From positions 131,317 through 195,316 of the forward strand of contig CAWDML010000012.1 of assembly GCA_963803435.1 (NCBI GenBank): DNA of 64,000 nucleotides. Direction: 5' to 3'. Below are positions 41,244 to 52,499 of this stretch, one piece after another. Within the stretch, counting starts at the first letter, position 1; every line of letters starts with the position of its first letter. The translations under genes and the position numbers were made by a program. Under the pieces are notes generated by a model. That model did no database searches. It was given only the letters and a program-made list of their open reading frames with translations, and had not been told where the DNA came from. The stretch is from an uncultured delta proteobacterium (lineage in GTDB: Bacteria > Myxococcota > Kuafuiibacteriia > Kuafuiibacteriales > Kuafuiibacteriaceae).

Positions 41244-42090
41244 ATGATCGTGGAATGCCCCGGTTGCCACTCCCGCTATGATCTGACCGGGCGCCGCAAG
41301 GCCAGCTGGGGCCGATGCCGGTGCGGAACCCGCTTTCCCATCCCGTCCGCGCCCGCCGCCGCCGGCGTCCTCAACTGCCCGCAGTGCGGTGCTTCCTGCG
41401 ATCCCGAGAAGCGGTCCTGTGCCTACTGCAGCTCCGTCCTCGCCCCCCTCGCCTGCCCGGCTTGCTTCGGGATGATCTTCGCCGGTACCCCCCACTGCCC
41501 TCACTGCGGCGTCCGCGCGGACCTGCCGGCGCGGGCCTCGTCGTCAACCCACGCCTGCCGCCGGTGTCCGCGCTGTTCCGAGAGCCCGGCGCTGGTCGCC
41601 AACCTCGCCGGCGACGTCATGTTCGACCAGTGCGACGGCTGCGGCGGGATGTTCGTCGATCGCGACACTTTCGAGCGCGTGATGACGGATCGCGATCGGC
41701 AAGCTGTCTTGCACGAGGCGCTCGGCGGCGAATCGCTCATCCCCGATTCGAAGCCGGAGGTGGTCCGCTACCTCTCCTGTCCCGAGTGCAAGACCTTGAT
41801 GACCAGGAGAAACTTCGGAAAGTGCTCGGGCGTGATCGTCGACGTCTGCAAGGGCCACGGCACCTGGTTCGACGCGGACGAGCTACGCCGGATCGTCGAG
41901 TTCGTTCAGAAGGGCGGCCTCGACAAGACCCGAGAGCGCGAGATTCCGAGAGCTCGAACGCACCCTCGAGGAGAAGAGGAACAGGATCGCAAGCCTCAGT
42001 GCGACCTCGACGTACGAGATGCGATCGGATGCTCACGATCTGGTCGACCTCGCCGGTGCCATCGCGAGCGTCGTATTCGACCTCTGGTGA
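41244..42090 (+). CDS. Multi zinc-ribbon (zf-TFIIB-like) protein (frameshift ~41945)
   Basis: About ten CxxC/CxxH pairs; DQCDGCGGMFVD, DVCKGHGTWFDADEL. Confidence 0.8.
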
Positions 42091-42127
42091 TCCGTGAGTT
42101 GACCGCGCGGGAACACCTGGGCAGGCT

Positions 42128-42448
42128 GTGCGGGCCGTGGCGCGCGCTCCCTCCGATCCGAACGGCCCCGCCTCGTGGGTTCAGACGAACACCGAGTTTC
42201 ATCAGGACTGGGCGGCACAGGAGAATCAGGGTCACCACATCCACTGGAAGTCCGGCCTCAGCCTGGAGTCGACGCCGTCGCCTCAGGTCAAACGCCATCC
42301 GGTCCAGGTCGCGCCGAGAAAAGGCCAGCGCTGGCTCGTCTGGCTGGTGACCGTCGGTCTGTTGATCGGGGTCGGGCTCGCGTTCGCGGAAGGTCTCCGG
42401 ATCGCCGACGTCATGGACGCCCTGCGCGCGATCCGACACGCGCTTTGA
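42128..42448 (+). CDS. Hypothetical membrane protein
   Basis: C-terminal TM segment; fills the gap between neighbours. Confidence 0.45.
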   Translation: MRAVARAPSDPNGPASWVQTNTEFHQDWAAQENQGHHIHWKSGLSLESTPSPQVKRHPVQVAPRKGQRWLVWLVTVGLLIGVGLAFAEGLRIADVMDALRAIRHAL

Positions 42449-42509
42449 GGACCGCCGTTCACAGAGCGGGGCTGCGCGGAGCGCCACCTCCGCGCTATGC
42501 TGGACGGCG

Positions 42510-43683
42510 GTGACCGGCCGCTCCAGCGTCCTGCTCCTGATCCTCGTGAGCGGCTGCTTCTCGGAGCCGACCTACGAGGGGCGATTGTGCAGCCCCACCT
42601 CCGCCTGTCCCGACGACCTCATCTGCGTCGACGGCCAGTGCCGCCGCGCCGTCGACGGCGACGCGGGCTTCGATGAGTTCGACGCGACGTTCCTCGACAC
42701 CGGGGGCGACAGCGGCGGCGTCACGCGCGATGTGGGCCCCACCAGGGACGCCGGACGGGACGCGGGGCAGGACGCGGGACGGGACGCGAGCGCCGACGCC
42801 GGCGACACCGGGACGGACACCGACGCCGCCCTCCCCGACGCGGCCAGCCAAGACGACGCCGAGGTGGTCGACACCGGCGTGCCTTGCACGCCTGGCCAGG
42901 TTCGCACCTGCTACTCCGGCCCCGCGGGCACCGAAGGGGTCGGCACCTGCGCGTCCGGGCTTCGCACGTGCATCGTCGACGACTTCGGCCCCTGCGAGAA
43001 CGAGATCCTCCCGCACACCGAGATTCTGCGACGGCGCCGACGAAGACTGCAACGGGGTCGTCGACGACGGGTGCCCGGCCGGCGGCATCATGCTCAGCCC
43101 TCCGCTCGACACCGCACTGACCGGCTGGCTGCCGTTCGGCGACACCTGGCAGACCGAGGGTTGCGGCCCCGGCGAGGTCGTGATTGGCTTCTACGGCTAC
43201 TACGAGGACTACCTGAACCAGGTCGGCGAACGGTGCGGAAGGCCGACGATTGTGGAGAACGCCGGGACCACGCCCCATGCGTACACGCTCAACGTGGTCG
43301 CCGCCGCGAACGCCCCCGCCCGGGGCGGCGTGCAAGGAACGGCCTACAGCGGCGCGTGCCCGGCAGGAAAGATCGTGGTGGGCATCTCCGGCATGTCGGG
43401 GAGCTGGATCGATCAGCTCTCGTTCACCTGCGCCGCGTTCGAGCTCGTCGATCTCACGCCTCCGGCGGGACCGCCCAGCTTCACCGTGCACGAGGTCCCC
43501 AACACACGCGCGCTGGTCGGGCTCCACGCCGGCGGCACCGGCGGCGCCGCGTTCGATCTCCAGTGCCCGACCGGGCAGGGCTCCTCACGTCTCCTCGGCG
43601 CGCTCGGGAGCGTCCCCTGCTGTCCCACGCTCGTGACCACGCTCGGACTCTCGTGCCACGGGCTTCAGATCACGCCTCGCTGA
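42510..43683 (+). CDS. Cys-rich lipoprotein with jacalin/beta-prism-like C-terminus (frameshift ~43025)
   Basis: Lipobox VSGC; CYSGP.GT.GVG.C..G; [10 protein letters not shown]; [21 protein letters not shown]. Confidence 0.7.
42744..42790 (+). repeat. Imperfect 12-bp tandem repeat encoding RDAG
   Basis: About four copies of GGGACGC(C/G)GG(A/G)C. Confidence 0.6.
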
Positions 43684-44150
43684 TGACGAAGCTGTGCCCA
43701 TGCGGCCGCCCGCTCCCGCTCGAGGCCTGCTGCGGCCGCTACCTTCGGGGCTGGGAGCAGCCCGAGACGGCCGAGGCCTTGATGCGCGCGCGATACACCG
43801 CGTACGCCCTGGCCGAGGTCGACTATCTCCTCGAGACGCACGACCCCGACCACACGCCCGACCGGGGCGAGGTGCTCGATTGGGCGCGGCGCGCCCGGTT
43901 CACCTCGCTCGTGATCGAAGAGGTCGTCGCCGGCGCTCCGGACGACGACACCGGCGTGGTCCAGTTCGCCGCCTCGTTCGAGGAGAACGGCGTCCTCCAG
44001 CAGCACCGCGAGCGCTCGCGCTTCGGCAAGCGTGACGGGCGCTGGTATTACCTCGACGGCGCCCCGCCCACGGCTCGGCGCACCCGCGTGGGAAGGAACG
44101 ATCCGTGTCCGTGCGGGAGCGGGAAGAAGTACAAGAAGTGCTGCGGGTGA
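43683..44150 (+). CDS. ychJ: YchJ family protein with SEC-C motifs
   Basis: [45 protein letters not shown]. Confidence 0.92.
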   Translation: MTKLCPCGRPLPLEACCGRYLRGWEQPETAEALMRARYTAYALAEVDYLLETHDPDHTPDRGEVLDWARRARFTSLVIEEVVAGAPDDDTGVVQFAASFEENGVLQQHRERSRFGKRDGRWYYLDGAPPTARRTRVGRNDPCPCGSGKKYKKCCG

Positions 44151-44168
44151 TGGTAGGGGATCGGGCGC

Positions 44169-44525
44169 GTGGGAAAGATGAAGTTCACGGCCGAGCTCAT
44201 CGCCGGCCACAAGGGTGTCACCGCCGTCGTCGTCCCGTTCGATCCCGAGATTGTCTGGGGGACCGAGCCCGTCGCACTCGATGCGCGCCGCGAGGGCTGG
44301 CTGGTCCGCGGCACCGTCAATGGCGTCAAGTTCGACGGCTGGATTGGCTACCGCTGGAAGCGCTTCTTCATCATCGTCGAGCCCGAGCTCGCCGAGCAGG
44401 CCGGGGCCGAGGTCGGTGAGATGATCGAGGTCGCCGTCCAGCCGACCACCGGCGCCAAGGCGCTCGCCAAGGCGAAGGAGCAGGCCAAGCTCACCACCGC
44501 GCCGAAACGTCGTTCACGCCGCTGA
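44169..44525 (+). CDS. DUF1905 domain protein
   Basis: VVVPFDP..WG..VRGTVNG..GAEVGE.IEV. Confidence 0.75.
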   Translation: MGKMKFTAELIAGHKGVTAVVVPFDPEIVWGTEPVALDARREGWLVRGTVNGVKFDGWIGYRWKRFFIIVEPELAEQAGAEVGEMIEVAVQPTTGAKALAKAKEQAKLTTAPKRRSRR

Positions 44526-44555
44526 CGGATCCGATGCAGCTCGCCGTGGGGTACA

Positions 44556-45908
44556 ATGCCGGCGCGGATGCGCTTTCGTCTGGGCAAGATTCCGGTGACC
44601 GTCCAGTGGTCCTTCTTCCTCGTCGGGGTGCTGCTGTCCGCCGACCGTCTCTCGAAGCCGGCCACCCTCGTCAGCTGGCTCGCGGTCGTGTTCGTCTCGG
44701 TCCTCTTCCACGAGCTCGGCCACGCCGTGGCGTTCATCCGGTTCGGGCACACCCCCTCGATCGAGCTCTACCAGATGGGCGGCGTCACCCGCGGCACCCG
44801 CGGCGTCCCGACCACGGCCGGGCGTGACACGCTCATCGCGCTGGCGGGTCCCTGCGCGGGCTTCATGCTGGGCGGTCTCAGCTACTGGCTCTCGCCCGTG
44901 ATCGCCAAGGGCCTGCCGGCCATCGGTCCCACGATCGCCTCCGATCTGGTCTGGGTGAACATCGGCTGGGGCGCGCTCAACCTCCTCCCGATCTGGCCGC
45001 TCGACGGCGGGCTCGCGCTCTCGGGCGCGCTTCGTGTCGTCACGCCCCGGCGCGGTGAGCTCTTCGCGCTCATCACCTCGTGCATCTTCACTGCGGGCGC
45101 CGTCATCGCAGCGCTCTCGTTCAAGATGTACTGGGCCGCGTTCATCGCCGCCTGGTTCGGATCGGGCGGATTCACCCGACTCCGCCACGTCTGGGCGCGC
45201 GGCGGCGACGGCCTCACCGATCACAAGCTGCGCGAGGCCTACGCCCACCTGCGCGAGGACCGCGCCGATCAGGCCCTCGCCGTCGCACAGGAGCTCCTGG
45301 CCTCGACCACCAATCGACAGGTCCGTCGCGACGCCGCCCAGCTGCTCGCCTCCGCCCACCTCGCCCTCCGCGATCCCAAGTCCGCCCTCGCCGCCCTCGA
45401 AGCGGAGCCCGACCCGCCCGATCCCGTCCTCCACGCCGTCGTCCTCTCCCAGATCGAGAACCGCGCGCCCGAGGCGATCGAGGCGCTCCGCCGCGCCTAT
45501 CAGCTCCGCCGCGACGCCCCGATCGGCCACGCCCTCGCCACCACCCTGCTCAGGGTCGGCGATCTCGACGGCGCCCAGAGCATGATCGAGGACCCGCGCG
45601 GCGCCGAGCTCCCCGACCCCACGCACGCCGCCGTCGAGGCCGCGCTCTTCCACGCCGGCCGCTTCGACCACGCGCTCGCCCTCAGCAAGATCCGCTTCCG
45701 ACGCTTCGGCGTCGCCAACGCCGCCTACAACGCGGCCTGCTCCGAGATCCGCCTCCATCACCTCGACGCCGCGCTCGACTGGCTGAAGCGTGCCGTCGCC
45801 ACCGGACCGGTCGATCTCCAGAAGATGGCGACGGACGAGGACCTCGCCCCCCTCCGCGCGCGACCCGAGTTCAGAGCATTGCTCTCGTCCCCCGCGACCG
45901 CGCAATGA
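44556..45908 (+). CDS. Site-2 (M50) metalloprotease with C-terminal TPR
   Basis: HELGH, LAGP, NLLPIWPLDGG; YNAAC TPR end. Confidence 0.92.
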   Translation: MPARMRFRLGKIPVTVQWSFFLVGVLLSADRLSKPATLVSWLAVVFVSVLFHELGHAVAFIRFGHTPSIELYQMGGVTRGTRGVPTTAGRDTLIALAGPCAGFMLGGLSYWLSPVIAKGLPAIGPTIASDLVWVNIGWGALNLLPIWPLDGGLALSGALRVVTPRRGELFALITSCIFTAGAVIAALSFKMYWAAFIAAWFGSGGFTRLRHVWARGGDGLTDHKLREAYAHLREDRADQALAVAQELLASTTNRQVRRDAAQLLASAHLALRDPKSALAALEAEPDPPDPVLHAVVLSQIENRAPEAIEALRRAYQLRRDAPIGHALATTLLRVGDLDGAQSMIEDPRGAELPDPTHAAVEAALFHAGRFDHALALSKIRFRRFGVANAAYNAACSEIRLHHLDAALDWLKRAVATGPVDLQKMATDEDLAPLRARPEFRALLSSPATAQ

Positions 45909-46916
45909 ATCACTCTGTTCGCCGCTATGGAAACGATCCGCTCTCCGACGTCCTCCAGTCGGTCCGCCTCGAAGGTGGCGTCTTCTTCCTCTGGGAGCCC
46001 TCGGCTCCTTACGCGTCTCATGTCCCCGAGGGCGAGGCGTTCGGAGCCGACATCGTGCCGGGTTCCGAGCGCGTCCTCTCCTATCACATCGTCGCGGAGG
46101 GGCCCTGCTGGGCGGCCGTCTCGGGGCGCGAGCCGGTGCGCCTCGAGACCGGCGACGTCCTGGTGCTCCCGCACGGTGACCCGTACGTGATCTCGAGCGA
46201 TCCGGTGGCGGTGTCGCCCGAACACCGAGCCGAAGCGATCGAGTTCTTCCGCCAGATGGCGGCCGGCGATCTTCCGCCGGTGGTGAGGGAGGGCGGGGGC
46301 GGCCGCCTCAACCGCGTCATCTGCGGATTCCTCGGCTGCGACGTCCGGCCCTTCAACCCGGTGATCGGGGCGCTGCCCCGGATGATCACGATCGGGGCGC
46401 GCGACCTGCCGAGCAGCGATCCGCTGCCGCGGCTGGTGGACTTCGCCTTGGACGAGTCGCGGACGGCGAAGGGAGGCGGCCGCTGCGTGCTCTCCCGCTT
46501 GAGCGAGCTGCTGTTCGTGGAGGTGATCCGCCGCTACCTCGCCTCGGCGCCGCTCGAGGAGGGTGGATGGCTGGCCGGCCTGCGGGATCCGGTGGTCGGC
46601 CAGGCCCTCACGCTGTTGCATCGGCGCCCGTCGTTCGCCTGGACCCTCGAGTTGCTGGCCAAGGAGACCGGCGCCTCCAAGTCGACGCTCTCGGACCGAT
46701 TCGCCCGTACGGTCGGCCATCCACCGATGCAGTACCTCGCGCGCTGGCGCATGCAGATCGCGGCGCGCCGTCTCGCGGATGGTGCGCCCAAGATTCTACG
46801 CGGTGGCGCAGGAGGTCGGCTACGACTCCGAGGCCGCCTTCAGTCGCGCCTTCAAGCGCATCGTCGGCGTGGCACCGGCCGAGTGGCGCGAGCGCCGCGC
46901 TCCCCCCGGACGTTGA
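45905..46916 (+). CDS. AraC family regulator with cupin_6 domain (frameshift ~46790)
   Basis: DPLSDVL, PPMQYLARWRMQ, then VAQEVGYDSEAAFSRAFKR in another frame. Confidence 0.88.
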
Positions 46917-46977
46917 GTCATCGAACTCGGAAGCCCGGTCATGGCCGGAGCGCGGCGGCCGGCCCAGGATTCGCTCC

Positions 46978-47758
46978 ATGAAAGAAGCCGCACGCGCGCC
47001 CGCGGAGGTCTACGACTCCTTATTCGTCCCGGCGCTGTTCGCGCCCTGGGCCCCCGTGGTCCTGAAGATGGCGGGGGTCAGGCCCGGGCAGCGCGTCCTC
47101 GACGTCGGGTGCGGCACGGGTGCCCTCGCCTGCTCGGCCGCCGAGGCGGCGGTGGCCGTCGTCGGCCTCGACCCCAACCCGGACATGCTCGCGGTGGCGC
47201 GCCGCAAGCCGTCGGCGGTCGAGTGGACCAGCGGACGCGCCGAAGCCCTCCCCTTCGCGTACGCGACCTTCGACGCGGTCGTGAGTCAGTTCGCGATGAT
47301 GTTCTTCGAGGACCGGGTGAAGGCGCTGCGGGAGATGTGGCGCGTCCTCGTGCCGGGCGGACGCCTGGCGGTGGCCGTCTGCGCCGGGCTCGAATCGATC
47401 GCCCGGGTACGCGGTGCTCGCGGAGCTACTCCATCGACTGTTCGGCGCGAAGGTCGCCGACGCGTTCCGCGCCCCCTTCGTCCTCGGTAATCGCAGCGTG
47501 CTGCAGTCGATGACCGAAGAGGCCGCGATCCCGCATGCGATGGTGACGGAGCGGGACGGCCGGGTCCGCTTCGACTCGATCGCCGCGCTGATCTCCACCG
47601 AGCGCGCCTGCGCGTGGACGCTGGGCGGGCTTCTCGACGACGCGCAGTTCGCCGTGCTCCGCGAGGAGGCCGAGGCGTCGCTCGCCCCCTTCAGGACCGA
47701 CGGCGGCGCCGTCGACTTCGTCATGCCGGCGCTGATCATCACCGCACAAAAGCGATGA
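46978..47758 (+). CDS. Class I SAM methyltransferase (frameshift ~47400)
   Basis: VLDVGCGTG, AEALPF, FDAVVSQF, LVPGGRL. Confidence 0.88.
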
Positions 47759-47760
47759 GG

Positions 47761-48837
47761 TCAGGCCGTGCGCACGCCGCCGCCGAGGATCGTGACGTTG
47801 AAGCGCGTGAGGATGGGCTGGATCAGCGTCGCGTATCCGCAACCCGCACCGGCGGTGTTCATCAGGCCGATCACGCGGCCCAGGGCGTCGCACACGGCTG
47901 AGCCCGAATCGCCGGGTACCTGGATCCCTTCGGTGGCGAAGGCGTCGAGGTTGTCATCGCGCTCGATCTTGAACAGGTGCGTGCAGGTCGCGTTGTTGAG
48001 ATCCGGACGGACTTGATTCGCCGCCGCCGCGTCCGTGATCTCGCCGACCCGATTCCTCGTCGCCGCACCGCGCTTGTGCACGGTCTGGTTGAGCGCGACC
48101 CCGTTCGAAGACCCGTTGATCGCGAAGCCCTCGGGCGTGACATTCTCGACCTGAAGACCCCCACGAACCTGCGCGATGGCAGCATCGAGCGTCTGATCTC
48201 CGTCCGTATAGTCGGCGACCACGTCGAAGTAGCTCCCGCCCGTCATGTGCGCGGGCTGTACGATCTCGTTGTCGGTCGAACCACCCTGCATCAGCACGTG
48301 ATAGTTCGACAGGATGTAGATGTTGCCACCGCGCTCCACGAAGCAGCCCAGCGTCCCCGGCCCATTGGTCCCGCGCCGCCCGATCGCGCACCCTACCTTG
48401 AGCGGTCGCTGCTTCGTCGGATCCCAGCCAACCCACTGCGGGCTCGCGCCCTGCTGCCGCATCATGAGCTGCATCTGCGCCAGATCGCGGTTCTGGAGCT
48501 CCTGCTTCACGCGATTCTGGATATCCGCCGGTGCACGGTGCGCCGCCACCGCGGCCAGCCCACGCTGGAGGTCGACGGCAGCAGTACCGCTGCCGGCGCG
48601 CGCAGTCAGGATCAAACCGAGGGCACGCCGGAACTGCCGGTTCGTCTTCTCGTCCGCCTTGGTGACGCCGGCGTCGTACGTGCCCTGCGAGAGCGCGTTG
48701 CTGAGAAGCTTCTTGTTCGCGTCGGTGAGCCCATTGACGTAGCCCTCGAGCGCCGTGACTACGCCTGCCTGCGGATTCTGGGCCTTGATGAACGTCCAGA
48801 TCTCGTTGAGGCGCCCCTTCCACGTCTTGATCGCCAT
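47761..48837 (-). CDS. Trypsin-like (S1, Nal1-like) serine protease with unknown N-terminal helical domain
   Basis: GTLGC, LSNYHVL, DAA, GDSGS triad; no signal peptide. Confidence 0.85.
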   Translation of the reverse strand: MAIKTWKGRLNEIWTFIKAQNPQAGVVTALEGYVNGLTDANKKLLSNALSQGTYDAGVTKADEKTNRQFRRALGLILTARAGSGTAAVDLQRGLAAVAAHRAPADIQNRVKQELQNRDLAQMQLMMRQQGASPQWVGWDPTKQRPLKVGCAIGRRGTNGPGTLGCFVERGGNIYILSNYHVLMQGGSTDNEIVQPAHMTGGSYFDVVADYTDGDQTLDAAIAQVRGGLQVENVTPEGFAINGSSNGVALNQTVHKRGAATRNRVGEITDAAAANQVRPDLNNATCTHLFKIERDDNLDAFATEGIQVPGDSGSAVCDALGRVIGLMNTAGAGCGYATLIQPILTRFNVTILGGGVRTA

Positions 48838-48909
48838 CGCGTCCTCCCACCTGCGGGTACCATGACTCCGCGCCGCGCAAAAGCCTGCCGCCTCGGCAAT
48901 CGGGCACGA

Positions 48910-49872
48910 TCAGCCATCGACCTGGTCAATCCTCTGTTCCCGCAACCGCTCATAGCGTTCGAACGCCTCCGGCACGGGGAGACGGCGCAACAGAAGACCG
49001 CAGCCGGCTCCGGTGATGATCCCGCCGAGGTGAGCGAGGTAGGCGACGTGCGGCATCGCCAGCGCCTGCAGCCCGATCATTCCTCCGAAGTAGACCGGCA
49101 CCGTCAGGTACGCGGGCAACGCCGCTCGGAACCCCGAAGCCACGATCAGCATCCTGCGAGACGGCGCCAGCGCGAGCATGCCTCCGACCAACCCGAAGAC
49201 GGCGCCGCTGCTGCCCACCGCCGGAATCTCCGGCATCGCGGTGAACGCGGCGTGCGCGAGCGCGCCCCCGAGCGCGCTGAGGAGGAGGACGACCACCGTC
49301 CAGGCACGTCCGACGCGAAGGTCGAAGGGGATGCCGAACAGTACGAGCGCGATCGCGTTCCCGATGAAGTGACCGGGGCTCCCGTGCACCAGCGCCGAGC
49401 TCAACAGGGTCCAGAGCTCGCGCCCGCTGCGGATCGAGGCCGGCACCATCGCGAGCGCCTCCGGAGAGACGATCGCTCCGACCACGAACATGACCACACA
49501 GACGAGGACCGGGACGCTCGTGATGATTCGCCCGCGCATCGACGGTCCCTTGGCGATCCGCCGCCGCCGGACCTCCCGCTCGAACGCCCGCCTCCTGGGC
49601 GACCACTCTACGAACCCGAGGAGAACGCCCGCGAACATCCCCACCTCGACGAATCCCCCCGACCCGAGGCCTCGCGGGAACCAGAGGGGCAGCAACATCC
49701 CGACCACGCCACCCGCAAACCCACAGAACAGAATGTGACGGTTGCGTCTCTCGCCGATCGAGAAATCAGCGATCTCGACGTCGTCCGGTTGGTCGAGATC
49801 GACGATCACCCCGCAGCAGAGACTGTCCGCATCGACGGTTCGCCCGCACCCCGCGCAGTGGCTCACGAGCAA
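48910..49872 (-). CDS. Rhomboid intramembrane serine protease with Cys-rich N-terminus
   Basis: HFIGN, GSSGAVFG, AHLGG. Confidence 0.88.
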   Translation of the reverse strand: MLVSHCAGCGRTVDADSLCCGVIVDLDQPDDVEIADFSIGERRNRHILFCGFAGGVVGMLLPLWFPRGLGSGGFVEVGMFAGVLLGFVEWSPRRRAFEREVRRRRIAKGPSMRGRIITSVPVLVCVVMFVVGAIVSPEALAMVPASIRSGRELWTLLSSALVHGSPGHFIGNAIALVLFGIPFDLRVGRAWTVVVLLLSALGGALAHAAFTAMPEIPAVGSSGAVFGLVGGMLALAPSRRMLIVASGFRAALPAYLTVPVYFGGMIGLQALAMPHVAYLAHLGGIITGAGCGLLLRRLPVPEAFERYERLREQRIDQVDG

Positions 49873-50169
49873 ACTGTATGCGCCGCAACGCCTGCGTCAC
49901 CGGTCGGCGTGAAGATCGGTGCCAAATAGGCGTCAGCGCTGAGCATCATGCTATCTTTGATGCCCGGCCGCGACCCCGCGCTCGACGCCAAGCTAACAAG
50001 CGGGACGACGAGCCAGCTTGGGCACATCGAAGCCCTCGTCGACGCTGAAGTCCCCCAGATCAGCGACCCACACACTTTCGCAAGCGCTTCAGGGAGTAAC
50101 TAACGGGTGGTTCAGAGGTCGAGGTCCGGCGTCTCTTCTTTGATGGCACCCCCGATCGAGATGATCCTC

Positions 50170-50410
50170 ACGGGCTCGTGCCTCGACAAACCGCTGCGCG
50201 CGGTGGTCGATAAAGCCAAGATCCCGAAGATCTCGCTCCACTCGTTCCGGCGCACCTACGAGAACCTGCTCCGGCGTGCGGGCGTGATCGATCTCGTTCG
50301 CCGCTCGCTCGCGGGATGGCGCACGCAGCAGGCGCAGGCGATCTGCGCCAACGTGGTTCGCGACGAGCGCGCAGCGGCGATGCGTCGGATGCAGCCGCTG
50401 GTACACCCGC
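50170..50410 (+). pseudogene. Tyrosine integrase C-terminal remnant
   Basis: LDKPLRAVVDKAKIPKISLHSFRRTYENLLRRAG..AGWRT; close paralog of 58675-58910; catalytic Tyr changed to Cys (AIC vs AIY). Confidence 0.8.
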
Positions 50411-50477
50411 CCGCAATCCACAGAGACACGGACTCGGCGGCGATCGCCAAGCTCGTGGTCTCTCGGGTGTTCCGGAA

Positions 50478-50520
50478 TGGGCACAGCTGGACTCGAACCA
50501 GCGACTTCCAACGTGTGAAG
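50478..50520 (-). repeat. att site: duplicated 3' half of tRNA-Val
   Basis: TGGGCACAGCTGGACTCGAACCAGCGACTTCCA(A)CGTGTGAAG matches 58998-59040 with one mismatch. Confidence 0.92.
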
Positions 50521-50614
50521 GTGACGACGGCGGTGGTGAGGATTGATAAGTTAGCGAATTCGTTTGGTCGAGCGTGCCATGCTGTCGCGTCTCGGACCGG
50601 GGTGTACCAAGAAG

Positions 50615-50638
50615 AGGTACACCCGAAGGTACACCCGG
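50615..50638 (+). repeat. Putative integrase arm-type sites
   Basis: AGGTACACCCGAAGGTACACCCGG, identical to 58907-58930; inverted copy at 50597-50608. Confidence 0.75.
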
Positions 50639-50664
50639 TGAGTGTCACCTCGAGTGGGTGGAAG

Positions 50665-50952
50665 TCAGAAGAGCCTCGGAAGATCGCGGACGCCGCTCAC
50701 GATGCGAGCGACCTCGATGCCGTCGTCCGTGACCCGGTAGAAGATCAGGTTGTTGCCGACGGGGAAGCAGCGGATGCCGGGGGAGAGGTCGTCTCGAGCC
50801 ACGCCCATGCCGGGTGCGTCGGCGAGCTTCTGCACCACTTCTCCGATCCGATCGAGGACTCGGTCGGCGGCGTCCATGTCATCGAGCGCGATGTAGTCCC
50901 AGATCTCGAGGAGGTCGTGCTCGACGATCGGGGCGCGGACGATGCGGGGCAT
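50665..50952 (-). CDS. parE: ParE/RelE family toxin
   Basis: DLLEIWDYIA..PGMG..RDDL..IR.FPV..IFYR. Confidence 0.92.
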   Translation of the reverse strand: MPRIVRAPIVEHDLLEIWDYIALDDMDAADRVLDRIGEVVQKLADAPGMGVARDDLSPGIRCFPVGNNLIFYRVTDDGIEVARIVSGVRDLPRLF

Positions 50953-51200
50953 CAGCGCGCCTTCTTTCGCTTCCGTGCCTTCGCTTTGATCTCTTTCATG
51001 TCGAACGGTACGCTGAAGCCTGCGTCGAGCTCGGCTACGCCGGCCTCCACGAGGTGCTTCATGCGGAGCTCGTTCATTCGGTCGCGCTCCTCGAGCAGGC
51101 GGAGAGCCTCGCGGACGACCTCGCTCGCGGAGGTGTAGCGGCCCGACTTCACCTTCTTGTCGACCAGCGCTTCGAGTTCAGGAGTGAGCGAAACGTTCAT
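50952..51200 (-). CDS. parD: ParD (CC2985-like RHH) antitoxin
   Basis: MNVSLTPELE..SGRYTSASEVVREALRLL. Confidence 0.93.
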   Translation of the reverse strand: MNVSLTPELEALVDKKVKSGRYTSASEVVREALRLLEERDRMNELRMKHLVEAGVAELDAGFSVPFDMKEIKAKARKRKKAR

Positions 51201-51206
51201 CTGAGC

Positions 51207-51246
51207 AGGATCTCGGCGATGTCAAATCTTGTCAATGTCTGACATC
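51207..51246 (-). promoter_or_regulatory. parDE promoter/operator
   Basis: Minus strand TTGACA-17-GATCCT; inverted repeat GATGTCA...TGACATC (51218-51246). Confidence 0.6.
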
Positions 51247-52499
51247 GGACCGGTGCGCCTATTGTTCCATCCCAGAGACGGTGGTTCGCGATTCGTGCGC
51301 CCCGTAGTCCGCACAGGAGATCTCTCGCGCGGCTCGTTCGAGCTCCTGCGGAACAAGTCCTTCGGGGAGTCGGGCGATCTGCATGAACGCCATGGGCTCG
51401 ACGTCGAAGGTCATTGAACCGAATTGGTCACCACGGGGTCCCGGATCGGAGGCAAAAGTTCCGCACCTGAGCGGGGGTTGAGTTGGACAGGGCGTCATCC
51501 GGATCACGACCCGGTCTTCCTCCCGCTCCTTGGTGAACTGGAAGACGCGTTTCGTCGAGCCACCCATCTCTCACGAGTCGCAGGTGATAGTACGCTCCGA
51601 GCTCGAGGCCCGAGATGGTCACCTTGGAGACCATTCCCTCCCACGCGCCTTTTCGCACGTCCCCCTCATCGTCGATCGCCCACGCTCGATCGAGCCGGTC
51701 TGCGACCAAGTACGTGCAGCAAGCTCCCATCACCAAGATCGAGAGCAGCAGCTTCACGGCACGCTTCGAAGGCTCGGGTCGGGCATCGGCTAGAAGCGGC
51801 CCCCGGAGACTGAGGGCGCCAGCTGGACGACTCTGGACAATGCTGAGTGCCCCCTCGTTCACGCGCGGGCTTGCCGAGACCGGTAGAAGCTTCGTGTCCC
51901 AAGCGGTGAGTAGCTGCATGGTGCGGAAACGGCTCTCGGGCGCGATCGCGAGAATCTCTGATGGTTCCGCGGACGCGCGCCTCGGCGACGAGGAGCGGGA
52001 TGCCCATGGCGAACGTGAGGACCCCGACCATCATCGATTGGAGGGCCGGCACCTCGAGAATCAACCCAGCGACTCCGCCCACCAAGCTGAACCCAACCGC
52101 GCCGAGGATGAGGAGCGAGCGGACCATGTCCTCGCGGATGAACCTACGGAGCGCGAGGACATCGCGGTCGTTCTCGATGCGACCTCGCAGCAGCAACCGC
52201 CTGCGGTCGGGACCGCCAATCCGACGAAGCAGACCAAGATTTGTTAGGACGAGGGTCAAGCCAGGGATCCACTCGGCCGCCCGCATCGTCTCAAAACCCC
52301 ACGAGCGCGCGATCGCTTCCCGCGACGTCCTTCGAATCGACACTTCGTCTTCAAGTGCGGTGGCGAGCGGCTTGCCGGTGTCCTCCAGCCACTCGTACCG
52401 AGCGCAGGCGTTTGCGGAGCTCTTCGCGCGAGACGACGCGCCCGGCCTAGGCATCAGCGAGGCCGCGTACGAGCGAGGCGACCAGTCGTGCTTCCTCCT

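Noticed and set aside
42510-44150. 546-aa lipoprotein-YchJ fusion in the ORF track
   Set aside because: Artefact of the frameshift at ~43025; ychJ has its own ATG overlapping the lipoprotein stop at 43683.
50019-50026. TGGGCACA as a possible third att site
   Set aside because: Only 8 bp match the tRNA end, which is expected by chance.
50478-50520. Second tRNA-Val gene
   Set aside because: Only the anticodon loop to the 3' end is present; the D-arm and 5' acceptor strand are missing, so it is an att duplicate.
51259-52490. Short minus-strand membrane-like ORFs in the island
   Set aside because: Fragmented across frames with no recognisable motif; boundaries cannot be supported.
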